NCBI GenBank assembly: GCA_963836075.1
Contig: CAWIIB010000009.1
Span: 2,976,001-3,040,000 of the forward strand
DNA length: 64,000 bases
Source: an uncultured Acidobacteriota bacterium
Lineage (GTDB): Bacteria > Acidobacteriota > JAQAZP01
Direction: 5' to 3'
Shown: in pieces, positions 45,354 to 54,188 of the stretch
How positions within the stretch are numbered: the stretch's first letter is position 1
Layout of the letters: each line of letters begins with the position of its first letter
Position numbers and translations under genes: made by a program
The notes under the pieces: generated by a model
Databases searched by the model: none
Seen by the model: only the letters and a program-made list of their open reading frames with translations
What the model was told of the DNA's origin: nothing

Positions 45354-46666
45354 GATTCACTCCTTTCGGCGATGAACGCTTGGTGGATCGCTTTGCTGAA
45401 GGAGATGTTCTGGCTCAGGTAGTAGGTGAAGTTGAGTTTCGAATCCTTGAGCCGCTGACGTATCTTCTCCTCGCTGTGAACCTCCAGCATGGTCCGCTGG
45501 TAACCTTCCAGCAGCGCCTCGGGTGTCATCCCCTCCGGCTTGTAGACCACGTGCTGGGTGTCGAACTCCTCCCAGCGGTGGTGCAGGACACGGCCCTGCT
45601 CCTCCATCCGCTGCGCCAGCCGGGTGCCGGGGAAGGGGGTGAGGATGCCGCAGAGCACGGCGTCCAGCTGCGCGGCCATGGCGAACTCGAGGAAACGATC
45701 GAAGCAGCCCTCACCCTCACCGTCGAGGCCGAAGATGAACGACCCCTGGACGCCGAGGCCGGCGTCGTGGATTTTTCTCACCACCTCAAGATACTCCTCC
45801 ACGCGGTTGAAGCGCTTTGACGAGTCGTTGAGCAGTTGCTGGTCCAGCGACTCGAAGCCGAGGAAAAGGCCCAGGCAGCCGCTGCCGGCACAGGCCTCAA
45901 GCAGGTCCGGGCGGTTGGCGATGGCCAGCGAGGACTGCCCCCACCAGCGGATGTCGAACTCCTTGAGCAGGCCGAACACGTCGAAGGCGTGGCTGCGGTG
46001 CCCGATGATGTTGTCGTCCACCACGAAGAGGTAGCTGCGGCTGAAGGCCTGCAGTTCGGTGCGCAGGGTATCCAGCGGCCGGCGGCGAAAGGTGTTGCCG
46101 TAGTAGGCGGTGACCGTGCAGAACTCGCAGTCGTGGGGGCAGCCGCGGGTGGTCTGCAGCAGGCTTTTCATAAAGTAGGGTTTTTGCTCCACCAGTTCCT
46201 GGCGCAGGGGCGGGACCACGCGCAGGTCCACCAGCTCCGGGTGGCGGTAGACCCCCCTCATCTCGCCCTGCTTGAAGTCGCGCAGCACGCGGGGCAGGAT
46301 CCCCTCCGCCTCGCCCACCACCACCGCGTCGGCGTGCTCCAGCGCCTCCCCGGGCAGGGCCGAGGCATGGATGCCGCCCAGCAGCACCGGGACTCCCCGC
46401 TGCCGGTAGCGGTCGGCGATGGCATAGGCCCGCGGGGCCAGCGGGGTGAGGGTGGTGATGCAGACCAGGTCGGGATTGTCGTCGAGGTCCAGCGGCTCCA
46501 CCGCCTCGTCGGTCACCGAGACCTCCCAGCCGTCCTCCCCGGTGGGGAAGAGCGAGGCCAGGGTGTAGATGCCGAGCACCGGAAACTTCAGGCGCAGCCG
46601 GTCCTGGAGGCTGCCCTCCGGCCAGCAGGGATTGATCAGTTTGGCCCGGCGCCGCGCTCCGCTCAT
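45350..46666 (-). CDS. B12-binding radical SAM protein
   Basis: GGIHAS, VGEAE, TTRGCPHDCEFC, VDDN, GFES, TPFPGT. Confidence 0.9.
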   Translation of the reverse strand: MSGARRRAKLINPCWPEGSLQDRLRLKFPVLGIYTLASLFPTGEDGWEVSVTDEAVEPLDLDDNPDLVCITTLTPLAPRAYAIADRYRQRGVPVLLGGIHASALPGEALEHADAVVVGEAEGILPRVLRDFKQGEMRGVYRHPELVDLRVVPPLRQELVEQKPYFMKSLLQTTRGCPHDCEFCTVTAYYGNTFRRRPLDTLRTELQAFSRSYLFVVDDNIIGHRSHAFDVFGLLKEFDIRWWGQSSLAIANRPDLLEACAGSGCLGLFLGFESLDQQLLNDSSKRFNRVEEYLEVVRKIHDAGLGVQGSFIFGLDGEGEGCFDRFLEFAMAAQLDAVLCGILTPFPGTRLAQRMEEQGRVLHHRWEEFDTQHVVYKPEGMTPEALLEGYQRTMLEVHSEEKIRQRLKDSKLNFTYYLSQNISFSKAIHQAFIAERSES

Positions 46667-47583
46667 TCCCGGTCCCCGTTTCCCCAGTAGGGATAGAAGT
46701 TGAACCACTGGTCAGGGTACTCGCCGATCCATCCCTCGAACACCCGGGCCAGCGCCTGAATGGTCTGCCGGGCGCACTCCTCGTCATTGATCCGCCCGGG
46801 GAGCGGCATCAGCGGGTCGGAAGTCACCGATTCGTAGCGGCCCTCGCCGTCCATCATGATCGCGCAGGGGACGATGGGCGTATTGGTGAAGCGGGAGACC
46901 AGGGCCGGGGAGCGCATCATCGGAGTCCGGCGGCCGAAGAACTCCACTTCGATGCGGTCGCGGCCGTGACAGCGGTCGGCCAGCAGGGCCACCACCTCGT
47001 TCCGGGCCAAAACGTCGCGGACCTTGAACAGGGTGCCCAGGTCCTGTCCCACGTAGAGTGTCCGCACCCCGCGGTGGGTCCGCTTGCTCAACCGCATCTC
47101 CTCCACCTCGGGATCATCCTCGGCTATGGCCAGCGCATTGATCGGGTAGCCGTAGCGGCTGAAGGTGATGCCCCCCAGCTCCCAGTTGCCCAGGTGGGCG
47201 GCGGCCAGGATCAGCCCTTTGCCATCGTCCAGCAGCTCGAGGCACTGCTCCAGGCCCGAAATCCGGGAGAAGAGGAAGTCCATGGGCACTTCGGGCCGGT
47301 TGCTGTAGCGCAGGTAATCGGCCACACAGCGGCCATAGTTGCGGAAGGTCTGCCGGGCCAAGCGGTTCCGCTCCCGCCGGCCGATGCCCGGCTTGACCAC
47401 CTCCAGGTTGGCGCGGATGGCCTCCCGCGGCCCTTTCAAGCTGTACGCGGCCCAGAGCATCACCAGGTCCACGCAACGGTAGAGCAGGGCGCGGGGAGCC
47501 ACGCTGCAGATCCACTCGGCAACGGTGAAAACCTTGCCGGTATTCAGTGAGTGGTCCACCCACCCGGTTTTTGCTTCGTCCAT
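46663..47583 (-). CDS. lysophospholipid / lipid A acyltransferase family protein
   Basis: AHLGNWE, LLADR, VEFFG, YPDQWFNF. Confidence 0.9.
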   Translation of the reverse strand: MDEAKTGWVDHSLNTGKVFTVAEWICSVAPRALLYRCVDLVMLWAAYSLKGPREAIRANLEVVKPGIGRRERNRLARQTFRNYGRCVADYLRYSNRPEVPMDFLFSRISGLEQCLELLDDGKGLILAAAHLGNWELGGITFSRYGYPINALAIAEDDPEVEEMRLSKRTHRGVRTLYVGQDLGTLFKVRDVLARNEVVALLADRCHGRDRIEVEFFGRRTPMMRSPALVSRFTNTPIVPCAIMMDGEGRYESVTSDPLMPLPGRINDEECARQTIQALARVFEGWIGEYPDQWFNFYPYWGNGDRE

Positions 47584-47706
47584 CTACTCACCTCGGCAGT
47601 CCGCTACTGTCCTGGCAAACGGCCGGACCCGGCGCCCGATGGAAAACCATCGGGGCAGACTCTTCTTACGGACGTCTATTATATATGGATTCGGTGGTGA
47701 GATGGA

Positions 47707-49984
47707 TCAGCCGTCGGCTTCCAGCAGGATGGTGAACTCGGTGCCGTCCAACACCTCGCTGTTGATGCTGATCCGGCCTCCGTGGTCCTCGACGATCTTG
47801 CGGGTGATGGGCAGCCCCATCCCCATCCCCTGGGGCTTTGAGGTGAGCAGGTTGCCACCTTGCTCGAAACGCTGGAACAGGCGTTCGTGGTCCGCCGGCG
47901 GAATGCCCGGTCCCCGGTCGCGGATGGTGATGCGCACCACCGGGTAGCGCATGTCGTGGTTGCCCTGGTGGATGGTCTCAGCCGCCAGCTGGATATCGGT
48001 GTCCGTGGGGGAGAACCTGGAGGCATTTTCCAGCAGGTTGGTGAACACCGTGAACAACCGCTGGGAATCGCCCAGTACCGGCAGCACCGGCTTGCGCAGG
48101 CGGATGATGAGTTTCTGGCTCTTGGCCCGCAGCCGGGCCTTCAGCTCCCGGGCCACCTTGACCACCAGCTCGCCCAGCTCGACCTTCTCCTGCTTCGGCC
48201 TCTGCGTCTCCGATTCCAGCTCGGTGTAGTAGAGCACCCGGGTGGTCATCTGGTGCAGTTTCTCCGCCTCGCTCTTGATGATATCGAGGAACTCCTGCCG
48301 GGTTTCCGCCGGCTCGTCGGCGAAGGAGCGCAGTAACTCGGTGTAGGAGACGATGGAGGTCAGCGGCGTTTTCATCTCGTGGGAGACCGAGGAGAGGAAG
48401 CGGTCCTTGGCGGTGTCCGCCTCCTTGAGCATGCTCAGCGCGTCGCTCAGCTCCCGGGTCCGCTCAGACACCTTGCGGGCCAGCGAGGCCCTTTCGGTTT
48501 TCAGCTCCTCGTAGAGAAAGGCGTTTTCGATGCCCGCCGCCGCCTGGTGGGTCAGCACGGTGAGAAACCGCAGGTGCTGGCTGTCGAAGGTCACTGAAGG
48601 GTCGGTGCTGTAAACGCAGATCATCCCCCGCGGTTTCTTTCCCGATACCAGGGGAGCGCTCATCATCGAGACGATGTCGCGGCACGATTCCTGGACTTCG
48701 CCGAGAAAGAGGTCCTGGTGGATGTCGGAAAAGACCAGCGGCTCCCGGCGCATGGCCAGCTGATAGGCCGCACTGCCGGTGCCGGGAATGAAGATGGAGT
48801 TGAGCGGGTCGCGCTCCAACCCGTGGAGCGATTGTTCTTCCAACTTTGTCGACGAACTGTCGAACAGCAGCAGCGAGCCCTGGCTGCCGCCGGAGCTGTT
48901 TACCGCCTGCTTCAGCATCTCCTTCAGCATCTCGTCAAGGTCGAGCGATGAATTGATGATACCGCCGATGTCGCTGAGCGTCACCAGCTCGTTGACCCGC
49001 TGGGCCAGCAGGCTCTGGGTCTCCACCAGGACGTGGTACTTGTTCGGAGAGCACGATGTTCGAGCGGACCGATTCCTGGAGCTGTTCCTCTATCTTCAGG
49101 CCGCTCCGCCGGGTTTCGGCGCGGGTGACCAGGTTCTCCGTGGACTCCAGGTCATCGGTGTTGTAGATGTCGCCGGTGAGGCTCATCGAGGCGGTCTGGT
49201 CGCTGTCCTCATTGTTCTCGCCCAGCCGCGGCAGCGGTTTCAAACTGGTGGCGGCCGCCGGGGGCGTGTCGTCAGCCTGGTCGTCGCCGGTCTCCGCCCC
49301 CCGCCGGGGCGCGGTGGCCGGATCGACAACGTAGCGCGAGAGCTGGCGCTCGATGTCCCCGGCAATCCGGTCGGTGTTGAATGCGTCGCCCATCGAGCCG
49401 AAGCGCTCCCTGAAAGAGAGGAGCATCGCCTTGATCACCTCGACGAAACTCTCCATCACGCCCACGCCGGTGGTGGCCACGGTGAGCTGGTGGGGTGCGC
49501 CCCGCTGGTTGAGTGCCTCCTCCATCTCTTGGGGGGTGGAGAGGGGATGGAGATCCTGCTTGTTGAACTGCAGCACCAGGGGCATGGTCATGTAGCTCAG
49601 GCCGTTGGCCTCCAGGTTCTCCTTGAGGTCCTTGATGCTCTTACGGTTCTCTTTGGCCATTTTCTTTTGGGAATCGGCCACGAAAACCACGGCATCGGCA
49701 CCGGCCAGCACCACCCGCCGGGTGGCGCTGTACTGCACCTGGCCGGGAACGGTGTAGAGCTTCACCTTCAGGGTATGACCGAGAACGTTGGCCACGGTGA
49801 GGGGCAACAGGTCGAAGAACAGTGTCCGGTCCTGGGCCGTGTTCATCGAGATCATCGGCTGGGAATTGTTCGGATCGGTGAGCCGGTGGATGGTCTGCAG
49901 TGACGTGGTTTTTCCACCCAGCGGGGGGCCATAATAGACCACCTTGGCATTGATGATTTTTTCGGAATGGTTGATCTGGACCAT
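47707..49984 (-). CDS. MglA-like small GTPase fused to GAF-HisKA-HATPase sensor kinase; frameshift at about 49040
   Basis: KVVYYGPPLGGKTT, DRTLFFDL, YTVPGQVQY, NKQD; kinase SHEMKTPLT, NLLENA, DRGPGI, GMGMGL. Deleting one A of GAACAAGTAC gives a continuous frame ...LSEQYHVLVETQ... (758 aa). Confidence 0.78.
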
Positions 49985-50063
49985 GATTCCGTCGGTATCC
50001 CTTTATGGCACAATGGGTTGTTCCGGTTTCACATTGGGTCAACCGTCATATCGGCAAGACCGG

Positions 50064-51002
50064 TCAGACACTGAACAGCTTTCCCTGCCAGCTGTCCCTG
50101 TTTTCCATGGTGCGGTTGATGTCGTTGAGGATGGATGACTTGCGATTGATCCAGGCCGGCGCCACCAACAGGGCCTCGGGGCAGTCGGCCTGCAGGCGGT
50201 GGATCACCGTTGCCGGAGGGAGGATCTCCAGCAGGTCACAGACCTGCTCCACGTACTGGCGGGGGCCCATCAGCGGCACCCGTCCCTGGTAGTAGCGCCG
50301 TTCCAGCACGGTATCCCGCACCACATGGAGCAGGTGCAGTTTCACTCCCTGCACCTTCAGCCGGGTGAGGAAGCGGGCACTGGCCATCATTTCACGCGGC
50401 CCTTCCCCGGGAAGTCCGAGAATCAGGTGGGCCACCACCTCGATGCCGGCCGCGCGGCAACGGGTGACCGCCTCTTCGAACTCGGCGGCGCTGTGGCCGC
50501 GGTTGATCGCCGACAGGGTCCGGTCGCTGGCCGTCTGCAGCCCCAGTTCGAGCCACAGGGGGTGCCGCCGGCTGAGGTCGGCCAGGCAGTCGAGCACCGG
50601 GCCGGGCAGGCAGTCGGGCCGGGTTCCGATGGCCAGCCCCACCACGCCGGGGCAGGCGAGCGCCTCCTCGTAGAGCGCCCGCAACTGGTCGGGGAGGCCG
50701 TGGGTGTTGCTGAACGACTGGAAGTAGGCGATATACCGCTCGGCCTTGCGGCGTCCGGCGGCGATCCCCTCGGCGATCTGCCGGCGCACCGGAAGGCGCG
50801 CCCGGCCGGGGCTGAAACTCGAGTTGTTGCAGTAGATGCAGCCGCCAGTGCCGGTGGTGCCGTCACGGTTGGGACAGCTGAACCCGGCGTCCACCGGCAC
50901 CTTGAAAACCGGGCCGCCGAAACGTTGGCGCAGATATGGGCCGAGGGCGCGGTAGCGCCGGTCGCCGGGGAAGGGCAGCATAGCCGGGATTGGTTTTGCC
51001 AT
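50064..51002 (-). CDS. radical SAM protein, YhcC/TIGR01212 family
   Basis: DAGFSCPNRDGTTGTGGCIYCN, YFQSFSNT, GTRPDC, ELGLQT, INRGH. Confidence 0.9.
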   Translation of the reverse strand: MAKPIPAMLPFPGDRRYRALGPYLRQRFGGPVFKVPVDAGFSCPNRDGTTGTGGCIYCNNSSFSPGRARLPVRRQIAEGIAAGRRKAERYIAYFQSFSNTHGLPDQLRALYEEALACPGVVGLAIGTRPDCLPGPVLDCLADLSRRHPLWLELGLQTASDRTLSAINRGHSAAEFEEAVTRCRAAGIEVVAHLILGLPGEGPREMMASARFLTRLKVQGVKLHLLHVVRDTVLERRYYQGRVPLMGPRQYVEQVCDLLEILPPATVIHRLQADCPEALLVAPAWINRKSSILNDINRTMENRDSWQGKLFSV

Positions 51003-51161
51003 CCGTGGTGGTCCGGGTTCGGCCGCCGGGGCGGCCAGATTGAAGCGCAGCAAGATGGTCCCCTGGAGGGTAACGGCGGCTCGCCCGGCCCGTCAACCCG
51101 CAGGGGGTCATGCAGCGGCTCGATGTGGTATATTCTCTTGATTTTTCCGGAGGGTAATGTC

Positions 51162-51863
51162 ATGCCGGCCAAACCTGAGGCGTTCACCCGCGGCGGACAG
51201 CGCTGGACGAGGATGCGCTTCAAAGGCAACAAGGTTTACGTCCAGGTGGACGACCAGGGCCGCCCGCAGGAGGAGAACGGGCGGGTCAGGATCTGCTACC
51301 GCCATGATGACGGCCGCGAATACCAGGCCTCGGCGTCGAAGATCCGGGACCTGGACGACGAGACCGTCGATGACGGTGACCAGCGCCGGGCATCTGCCGC
51401 AGTCCCGGTGGAGGCCTCCGCGCCGGCCGCCGACCCGGTCCTGGAGGATCTCGAGGCGATCGTGGTTTATACTGACGGCGCCTGCAGCGGCAACCCGGGG
51501 CCGGCGGGCATCGGCGCCCTGCTCCGCTTCCAGGGCCGCGAACGGGAGATTTCGGAGAGCATCGGCCAGGCCACCAACAACATTGCCGAGCTGAAAGCGG
51601 TTCAGGCGGCGCTCCGGGCGATCCGCAACCGGGACCTTCCGGTCATCCTCTACACCGACAGCGAGTATGTCCGCGGGCTGCTGGCCCACGGCTGGAAGGC
51701 GAAGAAGAACACCGAGCTGGTGAACGAGATCCGGGCTCTGGCCCGCCACTTCCGGCAGCTGACCATCCGCTGGGTGGAGGGCCACGCCGGCAACGAGGAC
51801 AACGAGCGGGTGGACCGGCTGGCCCGCCAGGGGTTGCGCAAGGCCAGGGGGGGAGGCCGCTGA
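51162..51863 (+). CDS. rnhA: ribonuclease HI with N-terminal extension
   Basis: YTDGACSGNPGP, TNNIAEL, TDSEY, WVEGHAG, NERVDRLA. Confidence 0.92.
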   Translation: MPAKPEAFTRGGQRWTRMRFKGNKVYVQVDDQGRPQEENGRVRICYRHDDGREYQASASKIRDLDDETVDDGDQRRASAAVPVEASAPAADPVLEDLEAIVVYTDGACSGNPGPAGIGALLRFQGREREISESIGQATNNIAELKAVQAALRAIRNRDLPVILYTDSEYVRGLLAHGWKAKKNTELVNEIRALARHFRQLTIRWVEGHAGNEDNERVDRLARQGLRKARGGGR

Positions 51864-52918
51864 ATGGAGAACCGGTCTTCAGCGCCGGGTCCGGCTTTTC
51901 TCCGGCTGGCCGGCACCGCTGATGCCAAGGTCCGGCTGGAAGCGGCCCGGGCCATGTCCCGCAACTGTGTGCTCTGCCCGCGGCGTTGCGAGGTGGACCG
52001 CAGCGCCGGGTCGCGGGGGTTCTGCAACGTCGGTCCGCTGGCGGTGGTGGCCCGCAGCCTGCCCCACTTCGGCGAGGAGCCGCCGATCAGCGGCAGTTCC
52101 GGGGCGGGGATCATCTTTCTCGAAGGCTGTACCCTGCGCTGCGGCTACTGCCAGAATCACCAGATCAGCCGTGGCGGGTCGGGCCCCGGGCTGGAGCCGG
52201 ACCAGCTGGCGGGGGTGATGCTCGACCTGCAGGCCGCCGGGTGCCACAATATCGAATGGGCGTCACCCACCCAGTCGGTGCCGGCGTTGGTGGAGGCCCT
52301 GCTGCTGGCTGCCGCCCGGGGGCTGCACCTGCCGGTGGTCTACAATAGTGGCGGCTTTGATTCACCGGAGGCGCTGGCCCTCCTCGACGGCCTGGTGGAT
52401 GTCTACCTGCCGGACATGAAGTACTCCACGGCAGAGACGGCCCTGCGGCTCTCCGGACGCAGCGATTACGTGGAGGCCAACCGCCTGGCCGTGGCCGAGA
52501 TGTTCCGCCAGACGGGACCGCCGATGATGGACCGGCGGGGACTGATCAGCCGGGGGACCATTGTCCGCCACCTGGTGCTGCCCGGGCTGCTGGACGAAAC
52601 CTACGACGTGCTGGCCTGGCTGGCCGAGGAGGTATCGCTGGCGGCGGGATTGAGTATCATGTCCCAGTACGTCCCGCTGGGTGGGCGGGACGGCAGCGCG
52701 GGGGGGAGGGTACGGGCAACGGCTCGGCCGGGCCGGACCGGAGGTTGACCCCCGACGAATACAGGACATGTCTGCAGTGGGCGGAGCGTCTCGGTTTCGA
52801 GATGATCTGGGCCCAGTCGATGCCCGACCCCGGCGAGATGGATCACTACCTGCCGGATTTCAGCCGGGAGGAACCCTTCGGGTTTTTCCCCGAGGAGTCA
52901 ATATCAGGGAGAGAATGA
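51864..52918 (+). CDS. PflX-like radical SAM protein; frameshift in the G-rich tract around 52680-52740
   Basis: CVLCPRRC, HFGEEPPISG, GCTLRCGYCQN, YLPDMKY, RHLVLP, MSQY; second frame RRLTPDEY...YLPDF to TGA 52916-52918. Confidence 0.85.
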
Positions 52919-52922
52919 CGGG

Positions 52923-54164
52923 ATGAACCAAACAGAGATCAGGTCAACGAGACGTTGGGGCAGGTATGGCGGGGTGCGGATGCTGTTCACCGTATCCCTG
53001 ATCACATGGGCGCTGAGCATCGGCGCCGTGACGGCCCAGGAAACCCCCTTTGAATCGCAAAATCCCTTCGAGACATCAGGAGAGCGCCCGATCCGCCTTT
53101 TTGGTGAAAACGGACCTCCTGCCCCGTACCCCCCGGCGGGAGCCGGCGACACCGTTCTCTGGAGCGGGGTGGCGGAGAACCGGGAGAGTCCCGTTGACGG
53201 CCTCGACGCCGGTGACTTCACCTGTGAGGTGGACGGAAAAAAGCGGGAGATCTCCTGGTTTTCCCGGCGCCCGGCGGGAGGAACCGCCGAGGGGACCGCC
53301 GGCAAGGAGGAAGGTTTTTCCGCCCCGGGCTGGTATGTGGCGCTCTTCGACCTGACCATCGCCGATCCCCTGATGATGAAAGAGGCCGGGGATAAGCTGA
53401 TGGAGGCCATCGGGGCCCGTCTGGACCAGGACGAGCAGGTGGCGGTGGTCTTCTTCGACGGGCGGGTCAATGTTGTCGCGCCGTTCACCCGCGACCCGGC
53501 CGTGATTCGGGCCGCCCTGGAACAGCTCCCCGATCACTCGGTCTACAGCGTCCACGATTTTTTCGGCAGGCGGGTCAAGGTCTCTGCCCGGGGCGATACC
53601 AAAATCACCTCCACCCTCGACAAGTCGGATGACACGGCCCAGCACAACTTTGCCGCCTACCGCTTTTTCACCGAGCTCCGCCGTCTGGCCCTGGAACTGG
53701 GCAAGGCTCCGGGACGAAAACAGGTGATGCTGTTTTCCGGCGGGTTCAACCGCAAGTGGCTGGCCAAGGAAGACGTGGCCTACCTGAGGATGGTGGATGC
53801 CATGTGCCGGGCCACGGCCGTTGTCTACACCTACAACGCGGTGAGTGAGGCCTACCTCGACCGTATCCTCGAGGAGGAGGGGATCCGCCGCAAGAAGGTG
53901 GAAAAGGCCGGCGGCACTGAATTGAGATACGCCGACAAGTTCCTGGTGGAGCTGGCAGAATCCACCGGCGCGCTCTCCTGGGCCGCGGATGAGAAAGATG
54001 GAACGGAGGAGATCGTCCAGACCCTGTTCCGTGACGGGCGGCACCACTACCTGCTCGGCTTTACGCGGGGGACCGGGACGCGGACCGGTGGCTTTCTCCC
54101 CTGCCAGGCGCGGGCTGACGGGGCGGCGGAGGTTCGCGGCCCGCTCGGTTTCTACGACAACTGA
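52923..54164 (+). CDS. VWA-domain protein (Acidobacteria-type VWFA-related)
   Basis: PVDGLDAGDF, ALFD, PFTRD, GRKQVMLFSGG, LAESTG, YLLGF. Confidence 0.75.
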   Translation: MNQTEIRSTRRWGRYGGVRMLFTVSLITWALSIGAVTAQETPFESQNPFETSGERPIRLFGENGPPAPYPPAGAGDTVLWSGVAENRESPVDGLDAGDFTCEVDGKKREISWFSRRPAGGTAEGTAGKEEGFSAPGWYVALFDLTIADPLMMKEAGDKLMEAIGARLDQDEQVAVVFFDGRVNVVAPFTRDPAVIRAALEQLPDHSVYSVHDFFGRRVKVSARGDTKITSTLDKSDDTAQHNFAAYRFFTELRRLALELGKAPGRKQVMLFSGGFNRKWLAKEDVAYLRMVDAMCRATAVVYTYNAVSEAYLDRILEEEGIRRKKVEKAGGTELRYADKFLVELAESTGALSWAADEKDGTEEIVQTLFRDGRHHYLLGFTRGTGTRTGGFLPCQARADGAAEVRGPLGFYDN

Positions 54165-54188
54165 CGATCCGTCGGATGGTCCTTTCCC

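Noticed and set aside
50199-51161. 554-aa RNase H with a very long N-terminus
   Set aside because: The extension is antisense to the YhcC gene; a plausible SD and ATG lie at 51162
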